Shown in pieces: positions 1-16,619 of a stretch of 64,000 bases of DNA (the stretch's first letter is position 1; each line of letters opens with the position of its first letter). Source of the DNA: the human T2T-CHM13v2.0 reference genome, Homo sapiens; the NCBI RefSeq assembly GCF_009914755.1, contig NC_060929.1. One strand, given 5' to 3'. The translations under genes and the position numbers were made by a program. Below the pieces are notes generated by a model that was not told where the DNA came from, made no database searches, and was given only the letters and a program-made list of their open reading frames with translations.

Positions 1-830
1 AATTGGTCAAAGATCTCAACAGAATTCCACCAAAAACACATGGATGGTAAATATTATATGTAAAGATACTTAAAATCTTTTGTCATTACAGAAATGACAA
101 TTAAAACTACACTGAGATACCACTGCAGACATATTAGATTCGCTGAAATTAAAAAGACTGACTATATCAAGTGTTGGTAAGGGTTTGGAGCAGTTGGAAC
201 TCTCACATACTACTGATAGGAATGTAAAATGTGTCAACAGAGTAGAAGTAGTTTGATGGTTTCTGGAAAAGCAAAATATACACCCGACATATAATCTCGA
301 CATTCCAATCCAACCCAACAGCACTGAAAGCATATTCATACAAAGAAAAGTACACAAATGATCACAGCAGCTTTTGTTTGTAACAGCCAAAAACCAGATA
401 CAACTCATTTTCCATTACCAGATGAAAATAAACTGTGATACAGGCATACAATGGAATACTACTTAGCAAAATAAAGGAATTAACTCCTAGTAGTTGCAAA
501 ACTGCATGAAATTCAAAATAACTATGCAGAGTAAAAGAACCTAGAAGAAATTACATACTGTATTATTCCATTGTTTATAAAATTATAGAAAATGCAAAGC
601 TATCGCTAAAGGAAATAGATCCATGGTTACCTGAGGAAAGCGGGTCTGGAAGGAGAAAGGATTATAAAGGTGCACAAAGAAATGTTAGGAGACAATGCTT
701 ATGGCATGTGTCTATTATCTTTAACAGTGATGTTTCCATATATATACATGAAAATTTTCTCAAACTGTCTACCTTAAATATGTTCAATTTATTGTGTGTT
801 AATTATACCTCAGTAAAGTTGTTTTAAAAT
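1..830 (+). mobile_element. Ancient L1M (L1ME/MC-like) 3' fragment
   Basis: Decayed ORF2-end and 3'UTR motifs (caagtgttggtaaggg...ggaactctcacatac; caatggaatactact; aattatacctcagtaaagtt). Confidence 0.8.
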
Positions 831-1793
831 TCCTAAGGTTTTTTATTGGTCTGTAAAGTTACACAAGATGAGTAATTTGGTGTCCTCAAGTTAGGTTGTC
901 CACATGAACCGGACACCTCTCATCACATTCTCGGCTACGTATTCATGAACTGTCAAATGGAGGTATGTCACAGATGACCATATATTTTGTTAAATCCTAA
1001 AATTTTTTTCTGAAATACATTATAAACTACAGGGTAAAACAAGATATATAAAAATATTAAGGCATACATAATACATAAATGTTATATGTGAAATAAACAT
1101 TACAGCATGCATAATACATACAAATATGAAACAACTGGCTTGCCTACCTTTGCATTGATTGTAGGTATGTACTGAATGTGATAGCAATTATAATGTTCTT
1201 GTTCATGTGTACCTTTAAGTAGGCCAAATTAACAAAGAGCATTCATTAATACTCATTACAATCATATTTAACAATATCCTTAAGAATTAAAAGCCCTAAT
1301 CCTGTCACTAATTGATTAAAGCAGTATATGTGAATTTGATTAATAAGCTCTGTGTGTTCATTAAGCTATCTACTTGTATGCGGATTCATCTACCAAAAAC
1401 TCATTGCAATTCAGCAACATCATTAACGCATATGGACATTCTGAAAATGATGGTGGTGTTAATATCATGGCCATCAGCATGAGCACATTAAAGAGTTTTC
1501 CCCCCAGGCTTTAGTGAATTAGGTTTTGTTTTGACAAAATGAAAAAGTATTTAATATGATCTGATTATGATTTACAGCCATAGTGCTGAAATAACAGGAA
1601 AACTTTATATTCTCCAACTGAGGAATATTTGAATAAATTTCATACTGTAGGATATAATGCAGATATTAAAAAGATTTTATGTATATAAATATGAAAAATA
1701 TTAAAGTATCCTGTTGAGTGAAAAATGAAATTAGAGAAAAATCCTATTTTAAAAGAAGAACAAAAATCATTCTATAATATATACATAAGCATT

Positions 1794-1797
1794 CTTT

Positions 1798-1830
<33 letters not shown>

Positions 1831-2116
1831 AGACAGCATTTCACAATTTTGCCCAGGCTGGAGTGAAGTGGTATGATCTCAGCTCACTGCCATCTCCGAC
1901 CTCCACCACCCCGGATTCAAGGGATTCTCCTCCCTCAGCCTACCAAGTAGCTGGGATTATAGGATCCCACCACCAGGCCTGGCTAATTTTTGTATTTTTA
2001 GTAGATTTGGGGTTTCACCATGTTGGCCAGGCTGGTCTCGAACTCCTGACCTCAGGTCCATCTGCCTTGGCCTCCCAAAGTTCTAGGATTACAGGCCTGA
2101 GCAACCGTGCCCAGCC
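1794..2116 (-). mobile_element. AluS element
   Basis: Poly-T followed by an antisense Alu dimer. Degenerate TSD agcattcttt/agccttcttt. Confidence 0.95.
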
Positions 2117-5100
2117 AGCCTTCTTTTTAGAAATAGAAAATGTATGAAAAGCAATGTTAACAGTAATCAAACTGTTAACATCAGTTACTTTAACCTGTGT
2201 GGAAAAAGAACAGATTGTATCTTTTTCTATTATTAAAAAGTATATATTTTACTTATTTAATTATTATAAAACATGAAAGAAATATTATCTCTCGAGAACA
2301 CAATTTCAAAGTCCCAGAAAAAGACTTCTGAAGATAAAAATATCTATATAGCATTATTCATTCAAACTAATAAAGTTAGTTCAAAAATTATATGTTGAAG
2401 AGACATAGGTGTGCTGTCCAATTATTACAACAGCACTACAAAGGAATCATCACTATCTTCATTTTACAGGTAAAAAAGTTAAGATTTCTTTCCAAAGTCA
2501 TGTAATTACCAAGTAGCAGAAACTAATATGAACCCAAGTGTGACTCTAAAGCTTGGGCTTCTGACTATATTACTTTTATATATTCGAATCCTACCTTGAT
2601 ACATTACAGAGCATGTCCAGCACTGCAAATACTATACTTTGCCCAGAGTATGCTCATACTTGTGTAAATCCAGCATGGGTTTGTGGGCAAAACAGAAATC
2701 ATAAAACATTTATCTTCATTTAGAGCATTTATATTACACAACTTATGTGCCTGCTTTTGCCATCTAGAGAAAACAGGTATAAGCTGGCTGTTTGGGGGCT
2801 GTTATCCATGTTTCTGAAACAAGAACACTCTCTGTGCAAAGCTTGCTGGCATTTTTAGCTGTTTCTGGTCTCAGATTCCCAAAAGCTACATGTTAATTGA
2901 ATAATGCTAATTGGCCTAGCACTGAAAACAATTTCTGAACATAATGTGTTGGACCTGGAAATGGATTCGAATACAAGAGATAAATTTGCATGCCCGTCAA
3001 ACGGTCTTTTATTCTCCTTGAAGGAATTGTGCCTCTTTTCTAAGCAGTAAGAATTGATATTAGAATGTTCTCATAGGTTAGGCCACTTTCTATGTATGGC
3101 TTTTATGCCAGAAACTATGTGTTTTATACAGTGCCATGGTCCTTAGAGAAATGATTTTTAAATGTAATGGATTCCCAAGGGAAAGACTCTGCTGACTAGT
3201 TGACTATCTGAAATGCACTCAGAAAGAAAATATAGAACTATTAGCAATAGTTTTTTTTTGAGTAAGCATGATCCTATGCTTCTCCTTTGGTTATTTTCTG
3301 TCCAAAAGTGGTAGATGAATCCATACACAAGTAGATAATTTAATCACTACATTGAGTTTTTTAATCAAATTCACATACACTGCCTTAATTAATGACAGGA
3401 TTAGGGCTTTTAATTCTTAAGGGTATCGTTAAATATGGTTGTTTGTAAGCAGTATTAACGAATGCACTTTGTTAATTCAGCCTACTTAAGAGTACATATG
3501 CACAAGCATATTATATAATTACTATCACACTTAGTGACATACATACAATTAGTGCCAAACATACACACGCACACACACACACACATATGCACAAACATAT
3601 ATACCCATTTACTGCTAAATTGCAGCAAATTCAGATACACAACAGGTCAAATGCCTCTTTTATTATATATGACCAGAATAATATTTATAGTTTTAAATTT
3701 ATAATATTTTAACCTAGTCTCCTAATTCATGAATTCTGAATAAGAATTCTATAGTATTTAATTAAAGTATATCATTTTTGAATTTAAAATTAGGACAGCA
3801 CCAATTTACTCATTCATTTATTCAAATAAGCATTAAAAGTCTATTATGCATAAAGCGATGGGCTAGGCAGTGAATTTTCAAAAATGTTCAATGTTCAGTA
3901 ATTGTTTTAAATACATGTATTCAAAATATCAACTAAAACAACTATAAGAAGTAGTTGAATAAGTGAATAACAACCTGAAGAATCCATGTTTGTAAGATTT
4001 CAGTGTCTTATTTGATGTCTATTAAATACCAGTTTTACTGTTTTATCGGTTGAATGTACTACTAAATGTTTTCACATTTCAAAATCATAAATAAATTTTG
4101 ACAAATGAAAAAGGTCATTAGCTGCTTTAAAATCCTTCAGAACTGCTATAAAATATATTCTCAATGGGATATTAATTAATTTCAAAACTAACATTTCTGT
4201 TGATTACCCTTGAGCAACACATAAATGTTACAAGACCATCACTGCTAAAGAGATGACTGGTTGCTTTCGGAATAAAAAGAAATAGAATGGACTGGCTTTT
4301 CTTTTTCTTTTTTTTTTCTTAAAGACAGCTATTAAGATATTTAATCTACTTTCAATTTTACTTAAAAATAAAAACAGAACCCTTAAATAATTTACTTGCT
4401 TTGTTAGGGAAATTTTACTTTCATAAATTTTTTCTGGGATAATTAAGAACTAGCATAAAGAGTTACTTACAAAAGTGTTCTTAAAACATTGATTATAATA
4501 AAATAACTGAAGTACTATTCAATAGAAAAATATATTCATATATATACTTCATATATATGTTCATATATGTACGATATACACAATTCATAATAATTGCAAC
4601 TGGGATGCCAATCACAGTCTAGAATCTATGGTGGTAGATTTCTTTTATTTTTGCTTGCCTGAACATTCAGAATTTTATAATTTTCTGTAGCATGTCTTCC
4701 CTGTTTGCAGAGTGAGAAAAACATTTGTACCAAATTAGAAAACAACAACAACACTGAGGTTTTGTAACTTTTAAGCATTAAGGATATACTTTTTTTAGTC
4801 CCTCCCCATTTTATGGGCCTCATAAAATGCAAAGTTAATCTGCACGTCCATAAATTTGTTTCCTGACTCCTATCAACAGGCTTACCCACCCCTCAATATT
4901 CATCCCAAAGACTTTGTGTAAATACCCTTGGGAAAGTCACTTTTCTCTGAACCTGAGTTTTTCTTCTCTGTATAATGAAGGCATTAGAGTGGGGTTTTGT
5001 ACTTTAACATTTAGTATTTTATGATACTCAATGACATTCTAGGAAGTCTTCAGAATATAGTCCTTACAGCCTTAATTAGTTCAATGTATAGCTTTATTCC

Positions 5101-5149
5101 TATATAGGTGAATTTAGTTTATTTTTCATTAAATAAAAGCATATTCGCT

Positions 5150-5756
5150 AGAACAGGAACGTTTATGTCTGCAGAAGCTGTCTGCTGCCTTTTGCTCTAC
5201 TATGCCCTGCCCCCAGAGGTGGAATCTATAGAGGCAGTAGGCCTTGCTGAGCTGCAGTGGGCTCTGCCCAGTTCATGCTTCCCAGCCTTTGTTTACACTG
5301 TGAGCTACTCAAGCCTCAGCAATGGCAGAACCCCACCCCCCACACCAAGCTGCAGCATGGCAGGTCAATCTCAGACTGCTGCACTAGCAGTGAGCAAGTT
5401 TCCATGAGCATGGGACCTGCCGAGCCAGGCACGGGAGGGTATCTCCTGGTCTGCCAGTTGCTAAGACTGTGGGAAAAGCACAGTGTTTGGTCAGGAGTGT
5501 ACCATTTCTCCAGGTACAGTCTGTCACAGCTTCCCTTGGCTAGGAAAGAGAAATTCCCTGACCCCTTGTGCTTCCCAGTTGAGGCGATGCCCCATCCTGC
5601 TTCAGCTCACCCTCCATGGGCTGCATCCACTGTCAAACCAGTCCCAGTGAGATGAACCAGGTACCCCAGTTGGAAATGCAGAACTCACCTGTCTTCTGTG
5701 TCAATCTCACTGGGAGCTGCAGAACAGAGCTGTTCCTATTCGGCCATCTTGGAAGC
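5150..5756 (-). mobile_element. Isolated L1PA (about PA7/8) 5'UTR fragment
   Basis: Ends in cggccatcttggaag, the antisense of the L1 5' end with its YY1 site. ORF 5257-5655 contains an ORF0-like peptide (ISDCCTSS...GPAEPG...FSR). Confidence 0.9.
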
Positions 5757-5796
5757 ACAATCAATAAAATTAAACTTTTAATAAAGATACCACTTG

Positions 5797-6204
<408 letters not shown>

Positions 6205-6594
6205 TGTTTTTTTTTTTTTTCTCCTGCTTTAAAGTTCTTTCCAATGCCTACTGTAAATCATATATTTTATGGCATACTCACTATTTATTAAAATACATGA
6301 GAAAATTTCAACCATTTAATTTGTACCTCCTAGGCAATAAATAATTTTTTGTTTCATAATATTCAAAAGCTTAGCTAATAACTATTAGCTACATTTTTGT
6401 ATTGGTGTCAACAGTTAGCAGAAAGTCTGCCTCACAGTAAATTGACATCAAGCTACAGAAGAAGAAAAACTATTTGTTCTATTCTATAAAATCACTGTAG
6501 GATCACAACTGAACGTGGCTTGTGCATCATATCAAGTCTTCTTTGCCTTACCTCTTAGTTCAGTCACTATTGGCAGCCACTGGCCCTTACATCT

Positions 6595-8964
6595 TGTGTT
6601 AGTTTGTTTTTCACACTGCTATAAAGATATTACTGGAGACTGGGTAATTTATAAACAAAAAAGGTTTGATTGACTCACAGTTCTGCATGGCTGGGGAGGG
6701 CTCAGGAAACTTACAATCATGGTGGAAGATGAAGGGGAAGCAGGCACCTTCTTCACAAGATGGCAGGAGAGAGAGAGCACACAGAGGAAACTGCTACATT
6801 TAAAACATCAGTTCTTGTGAGAACTCCCTCATTAACCTGAGAACAGCATGGAGAAAACTGCCCAAATGATCTAATCACCTACTGCCAGGTCCCTTCCCTC
6901 TAACCATGGAGATTATGGGGATTACAATTAGAAATGAGATTTGAGTGGGGACACAGAACCAAACCATATCATTCCATCCCTGGCCCCTCCCAAATCTCCT
7001 GTCTTCATATTTTGAAACACAAGCCTGCCTTCCCAACAAGCCCCCAAGGTCTTAGCTCATTCCAGCACTAACCCAAAAGTCTAGGTTGAAAGTCTCAACT
7101 GAGACAAGGCAAATCCCTTACACATATGAGCCTGTAAAATAAAAGCAAGTTAGTTATTATACTTCCAAGATACAATGGGGATACAGGCATTAGGTAAATG
7201 CTTCCATTCCAAATGGCAAAAATTGGCCAAAACAAAGGGGCTACAAGCCCCATGCAAGTCCAAACCCCAACAGGGCATTCATTGAATTTCATAGTTCCAG
7301 AATAACCTCCTTTGACTCCATATCTCACATTCAAGGCATGCTGATACAAGGGGTGGGCTCCCAAAGCCTTGGGCAGCTCCACCTCTGTTGCTCTGCTGGG
7401 CTCAGCCCCCAGGGCTGCTTTCATTGGCTGGCATTCAGTGCCTGTGGCTTTTCCAGGCACATGGTGATAGCTGTAGATGGATCTACCAGTCTGGAGTCTG
7501 GAGGATGCTGGCCTTCTTCTCATAGCTCCACTAGGCAGTGCCCCAGTGGGAACTCTGCCTGTGGTTCCAACTTCACAATCCCCTTTGCATTGCCATAGCA
7601 GAGGTTCTCCATGAGAACTCCCCCCGCTGCAGCAGACTTCTGCCTGGACATCCAACCATTTTCATACATCATCTGAAATCTAGGCAGAGGCTCCTAAAGT
7701 TCAATTCATCTTCTGCCCATCCACAGACCCAACACCACATGAAAGACACAAAGACCTGGAGCTTGCACCCTCGGAAGCAACACCCTGAACTGTATATTGG
7801 CTCCTTTTAGCCATGAGTGAAGTTGGAATGGCTGGGACATAGGGTGCCATGTACCAAGACTGCACAGAGCAACAGGGCCTTGGGCCTGCCCCACAAAACC
7901 ATTTTTCCACCCTAGGCCTCCAGGACTATGAAGGGAGGGGCTGCCATGAAGATCTCTGAAATGCCCTGGAGACATTTTCCCCACTGCCTTGGCTATTAAC
8001 ATTTGACTTTTCATTACTTATGCAAATTTCTGCAACCACCTTGAATTTGTCCCCAGAAAATGGTTTTTTTTTTCTTTTCTACTACATGGTCAGGCTGCAA
8101 ATTTTTCAAACTTTGTGCTCTGCTTCCCTTTTTAACGTAAGTTCCAATTTCAGACCATCTCTTTGTTAACACAAATGACTAAATGCTTTCAGAATCAGCC
8201 AGGTCACCTCTTGAATGCTTTACTGCTTAGAAATTTCTTCCACTACATGCGATAAATTATCTCTCTCAAGTTCAAAGTTCCTCAGAACTCTAGGGCAGGG
8301 AAAAAATGGCACCAATCTCTTTGCTAAAGTATAGCACAAGTGACCTTTGTTCCAGTTCCCAATAAGTTTACCATCCCCATCTGAGACTTCCTCAGTCTGA
8401 ACTTCATTGTCCATATCACTATCAGCATTTTGGTGAAAGCCATTTAACAACTCTCTAGGAAGTCCCAAACTTTCCCAATCTTCCTGTCTTCTGGAACAGC
8501 CATCCAAACTGTTCCAACCTCTACCTGTTACCCAGTTTCAATGTCAATTCCACATATTCAGGTCATCTTTATAGCACTGCCCCACTCCCAGTACCAATTC
8601 TCTGTATTAGTTCATTTTCACACTGCTATAAAAATACTAGCTGAGACTGGGTAATTTATAAACAAAAGAAGTTTAATTGACTCACAGTTCCACATGGCTC
8701 TGGAGGCCTTAGGAAACTTACAATTATGGCAGAATGTGAAGGAGAGGCAGATACCTTCTTCACAAGGTTGCAGGGGAGGGAGAGAGCACAGGAAAAACTG
8801 CCACTTTAAAACCATCAGATCCCATGAGAACTCCCTATCATGACAACAACATGCAGGAAGCTGCCCCCATGGTCCAATCACCTTTCACCAGGTCCCTCCC
8901 TCAACATTTTAGAATTATAACTCAAGATGAGATTTGTATAGGGACGCAGAGCCAAATCATATAA
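6595..8964 (-). mobile_element. Full-length THE1 (C/D-like) MaLR: LTR 6595-6971, internal 6972-8602, LTR 8603-8964
   Basis: Two similar LTRs (tgt.ttag...ccaaa.catat.a) flank a ~1.6 kb THE1/MST-type internal region. Confidence 0.93.
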
Positions 8965-9508
8965 CCTCCAGATTGAACTGGGCCCTCTTACTTCCTGTGC
9001 AAGCTTCTCTGATGACACTGGTTGCAATGCCTGCAGAAACTGGTTCTTCCCTAGCAGAAACACAATAAAAAGTGCAGGGGACTTAACACCTCTTGACTGC
9101 TGTGCAGAAACCAATGCTGAATCAGTTCATTTCATAATAATTTCAAAATATTTACACTCACAATTCCTAATCACACTAAGTTGATAGATGGCTACTGGTA
9201 TTGCCATCCAGATATCACTAGGAAGTGATCAGTCAACAAGCCATTTGACCATTTCTACAAATTGCTGATGGATTTTTTTTTCTTTTCCTGAATTCACTGG
9301 CTAATAAGATTCTCTGAAAGCAATCCATAACCCAGTGGCTCAACTTAGCCTCTAATGCCTTAATTGTACTTTGACATTACTTTTTATTGTAATCAAAATA
9401 TTCACTATATTAACTTTGGAGGCCAAAAATTCATCTTTGAGAAATTATTACATACGGACTCTTTGTTACATGAGAAACACGTAAGAGACTAATCTCTCTG
9501 TAAAATCC

Positions 9509-11831
9509 TGTTATGGTTTGGCTCTGCGTCCTCACCCAAATCTCATCATAAATTGTAATCCCAACATGTTAAGGGAGAGTTCTGGTGGGAGGTTATTGGA
9601 TCATGGAGGCAGTTTCCCCCATGCTGTCTCCATGATGGTGAGTGAGTCCTCACAAGATCTGGTAGTTTAAAAGTATGTGGCAGTTCCCCCTTCCCTCTCC
9701 TGCCAACATGTAAGATGTGCCTTCCTTCCCCTTCTGCCATGATTGTAATTTTCCTGAGGCCTCCCAAGCCATGTGGAACTGTGAGTCAGTTAAACCTCTT
9801 TTTTTGTTTTTATAAACTACCCAGTCTCAGGTAGCTGTTTATAGTAGTGTGAAAATTGATGAATACAGAAAATTGGTACTGGGAATGGGGCACTGCTATG
9901 AAGACACCTGAAAATGTGGAAGTGACTTTGGAACTAGGTAATGGGCATAGATTGGAACAGTTTGGAGGGCTCAGAAGACACGGAGATGGGGGAAAGTTTG
10001 GAACTGCCTAAAGACTTGTTAAATGGCTTTGACCAAAATGCTGATAGTGATATAGACAACGAAGTCCAACCTGAGGAGGTCTCAGATGAAAATGAAATTT
10101 ACTGGGAACTGGGGTAAAGGTCACTCTTACTGTGCTTTAGCAAAAAGATTGTTGGCATTTTGCCCCTGATTTTGAGATCTGTGTAACTTTGAACTTGAGA
10201 GAGGTGATTTAGGGTATGTAGCAGAAGAAATCTCTAGGCAGCAAGGCATTCAAGATATGGCTTGGGTGCTCTTAACAACATACAGTCATATGTGTTCACA
10301 AAGAGATAATCTGAAATTGAACCTCACGTTAAGCAGAGCATAAAAGTTTGGAATTTTTACAGTTTGACCATGCAGTAGAAAAGGAAAAACAAACAAACAA
10401 CAACAACAAAAATTATCTGGGGACAAATTCAAGCTGGCTGCAGATATTTGCGTAAGTAATGAAAAGCTAAATATGTGTTAATAGCCAGGACAATAGGAAA
10501 AATGTCTCCAGGGTATTTCAGAGATCTTCATGCCAGACTTTCCCATAACAAGACTAGAGGCATAGGAGAAAAAAAATGGTTTTATGGGGGGCAGACCCAG
10601 GGCCCCACTGCTCTGTGCAGCCTCAGGACATGGCACCCTGTGTCCCAGCCACTCCAATTTCAGGTGTGACTAAAAGGGGTCAACGTACAGCTCAGGTTGT
10701 TGCTTCAGAGGGTGCAAGTTCCAAGCCTTGCTGGTTTCCATGTGGTGTTAGGCTGACTGTGGGTGCATAGAAGACAAGAGCTGAGCTTTGGGAGCCTCAA
10801 CCTAGATTTTGGAGGATGTATGAAAATGCTTGGATGTCCAGGCAGAAGTCTGCTGCAGGGGCAGAGTTCTCATGGAGAACCTCTGCTAGGGCAATGCAGA
10901 GGGGTATATGGAGTTGGAGCCACAGGCAGAGCTCCCACTGGGGCACTGCCTAGTGGAGCTGTGAGAAGAAGGCCAGCATCCTCCAGATTCCAGAATGGTA
11001 GATTCATCAACAGCTTGTGCCACGCACCTGGAAGAGCCACAGGCACTCAATGCCAACCTGTGAAAGAAGCCACAGGGGCTGGACCCTGCAAAGCCACAGA
11101 GGTGGAACTGTCCAAGGCTTTGGGAGCCCATCCCTTGCATTAACATGCCCTGGATGTGAGACACAGAGTCAAAGGAGATTATTTTGAAGCTATAAGATTC
11201 AGTGTCTGCCCTGCTTGATTTCCAACTTGCATGGGATCTATAGCCCCTTTGTTTTGGCAAATATCTGCCATTTGGAATGGAAGAATTTACCCAATGCCTG
11301 TACCTCCATCATATCTTGGAAGTAGCTAACTTGCTTTTTATTTTGCAGGATCGTAGGTGGAAGGGACTTTCTTTGTCTCATATGAGACTATGTACTTGGA
11401 CTTTTGGGTTAATCCTGGAATGAGTTAAAACTTTGGGGAACAGTTGGGAAGACATGATTGTGTTTTGAAATGTGAGAAAGACATGAGATTTGGGAGGGAC
11501 CCTGGGCAGAAAAATATTATTTGGCTCTGTGTCCCCTCCCAAATCTCATCTTAAATCCTCACATGTCAAGGGAGGGACCTGGTGGGAAGTAATTGGATCA
11601 TAGGTATGGTTTCCCTCATGCTATTCTTGTGATGGTTTAAGTGCGTGGCAATCCCCTCACTCCTGTTTCCATGTAAGATGTGCCTTGCTTCCCCTTCTCC
11701 TTCTGCCATGATTGTAAGTTGCCTGAGGCCTCCCCAGCCATGCAGAAATGTGAGTCAATTAAACCTCTTTTGTTTATAAATTATCCAGTCTCAGGTAGTT
11801 CTTTATAGCAGTGTGAAAATGGACTAATACA
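9509..11831 (+). mobile_element. Full-length THE1 (C/D-like) MaLR: LTR 9509-9867, internal 9868-11511, LTR 11512-11831
   Basis: tgttatggtttgg...ctaataca termini. 5-bp TSD aatcc/gatcc. Confidence 0.93.
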
Positions 11832-12519
11832 GATCCTGAGAAGTGAAAACAAAAATACCACCTCTACTGTAGTATAACTTGACCCATTAATGGAGACAAC
11901 ACTTTCTGTTTAGTTAACAGAGTATTTTTCTCTCTCTAATATTGTTGCATAAAAACTCACATATTCATCATTTTTCTGGCTGTAAAATTATTATAAATAT
12001 GCACCTTGAATTTTTGCTAGATACGTTAAAGCTTTTTTAAATTTACTTGCTCATGCTCCTAAGTGTTAGCATAAGATTTTATATAACTATTCTCAGTATA
12101 CCTCCACTTCCACTAGGAATATCACTCTATTTGATACTCGTGAGAAAATAGTATTGTGTGAAGCATGGCCAATTTATGTGGTCTTTATGACATTTTTTTT
12201 CAAAGCTCAAAAGGGCTTCCTTTCTTATACTTTTATAGGTTCAAACTGTAGAGGTGTCATTCACCTAAATGAAAGGGTAATATAGAATATGTAGTAACCT
12301 GCCATCCCAGGAGATCTTACTCTAGACCAGGCTGTGCCGATCAACAGCCAAGGAATATTTTGAAATGACATTTGTCTCTTCTTATTCTGCTCAGAAAAAA
12401 AAAGAACAAAAACACTCATTTATTGGAAATAAAGTATTTGAACCCTATCTGAGAAATATTCATTTATTGTTTATATCCACTATTTAGTTGAAGAATAGTA
12501 ATTGCAACTGATTACTATT

Positions 12520-12676
12520 CAGGCCTGCACCACCATGCCATGATTTTTGTATATTTTATAGGGACAGGGCTTTGCTATGTTGCCCAGGCTGGTCTCAAAA
12601 TCCTGAACTCAAGTGATCTGCCCACCTTGACCTCCCAAAGTGTTAGGATTACAGGTGTGACCCACCATGCCCAGCC
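12520..12676 (-). mobile_element. AluJ fragment
   Basis: Antisense left arm with J-type ctatgttgcccaggctggtctc. Confidence 0.85.
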
Positions 12677-12749
12677 TAGCATAATTTTTGTATTATCTAC
12701 TGTATGCCAGTTTGCTAAGGACTGTTTTTCATTATTTCATACTGTTGAA

Positions 12750-13110
12750 ATAAGCAGTTATCTTTTTGAAATGCTTAGGACCAGAAGTGTTTTGAATTTC
12801 ACATTGTTTTGGATTTTGGAATATTTTATATACACAATTAGATATCTTAGGAATGGCACCCAGGTCTAAATATGAAATTTGTTTATGTTTTGTATACATC
12901 TTATTTATATAGACTGAAAGTAATTTTTTATAAGATTTTACATAACTTTCATTCATGAAACAAAGTTTTGATTGTGTTTTGACTGTGACTTCTCACATGA
13001 AATCAGATATGGAAGTTTTTTACTTATGGTGTCATGTCGGTGCTCAAAAAGTTTCAAATTTGGGAGCATTTTAGATTTCAGATGCTCAGATAAGGGATTT
13101 TCAATCTATA
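12750..13110. mobile_element. Tigger4b/MER46-like DNA transposon
   Basis: gaaatgcttaggaccagaagtgttt ... tcagataagggattttcaatct termini. Confidence 0.8.
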
Positions 13111-13263
13111 TGTTGCAATCCCCATATTGTAGATGAAGAAATTAAGGTTTAGTGAAGGTGTATATCTTACCTCAGGAGGAATCTGCATTTGAAGAAACAT
13201 CTTTCTGACTCAAATTCACACTAAGTTATCCTTGAACCATGGTGTGAATATGTTACATTTATT

Positions 13264-15434
<2,171 letters not shown>

Positions 15435-16238
15435 TAATTCAATTTAAAATATGCATTAACTACCTACCCTACTATGTAATAGATTTTTTAAGGAATTAAG
15501 GAGTTAGTATAGAAAAAAAAGTTAAAAAAGACATTTCCTTTCCTTCAAAGGTTAGCTTATAAACAAATCTATAATTACTTAAAATAACTAAAATGTGACA
15601 AATAAATGTAATGTGGTAAGTTTTATGAAGAGAAGATAAAGAGTATATTAGGGGTTTTATAAAGGAGACATCAGGAAAATATTCCCAGAAAAATATTATT
15701 TGAGCAGGCCTAGATGATAAAATTAAGTTAACTAGGAGAACCAAGGAAAGGTGGAAAAGAGAAAGGATTTCACACATTTGGAAAAATATGAACAGTTTTG
15801 TGTTTGGAGTGGACATGGAAAGTAGACATGGCTGAAGAAACATCACTGTAAATGACGTGAAGCAAGTGAGGAAAAGCCCTTAGCATGTGAGGTCCTGTAG
15901 ACACCATAGGTAAAAAAAAATATTGATCTTTATACTGAGAACAGAGGGAAGTGATGGAAGATTTTTAAGCAAGAGTGTATTTTTGGTGGAAAGACTTGGG
16001 GTTTTGGTAGAAGTTGGTAAGACATTTTGTTGGTTAAACGGTACTGTCATTTTACTAGGATTTTACTTATCAAGAATCTTAATTCCAAGTAATTGCAAGG
16101 ATAAATATTTTTCTATTTTACTAGGTGCACTGAATAGAATAACTCTTAAATATCAAAGCACTTATATGCACATAGATATTTAAACTTACATGTATTCATA
16201 CATGATATTTTATGCGTGAATAATCTTATCTTTCACCC

Positions 16239-16496
16239 TTTTTTTTTTGAGACCGAGTTTCACTCTTGTTGCCCAGGCTGGAGAGCAGCAGAGCCATCTT
16301 GGCTCATTGCAACCTCCGCCTCCTGGGTTCAAGTGATTCTTAAGCTTCAGCCTCCCAAGTAGCTGGGATTGCAGGCATGCACCACCACTCCCAGCTACTT
16401 TTTTGTATTTGTAGTAGAGACAGGGTTTCACCATGTTGGTCAGGCTGTTCTCGAACTCCTGACCTCAGGCGATCCACCTGCCTCAGCCTCCCAAAG
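16239..16496 (-). mobile_element. 5'-truncated AluSq/Sp-like element
   Basis: gagtttcactcttgttgccc diagnostic. Ends at cccaaag and is flanked by the repeat tttcacc. Confidence 0.92.
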
Positions 16497-16619
16497 CTTT
16501 TCACCTTCTAATTCATTTTTTATTATGACAGTTGTATTCTCTTAAGATTTTCAAAATTTTACAACAATATTACCTACTTCACAGTCTTAGTATGATAAAC
16601 AAATGAAAGAAAGCATGTA

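Noticed and set aside
7095-11260. Mutually similar ORFs on opposite strands (e.g. PTGALPSGA.RRRPASSR)
   Set aside because: Explained by the two inverted THE1 internal regions.
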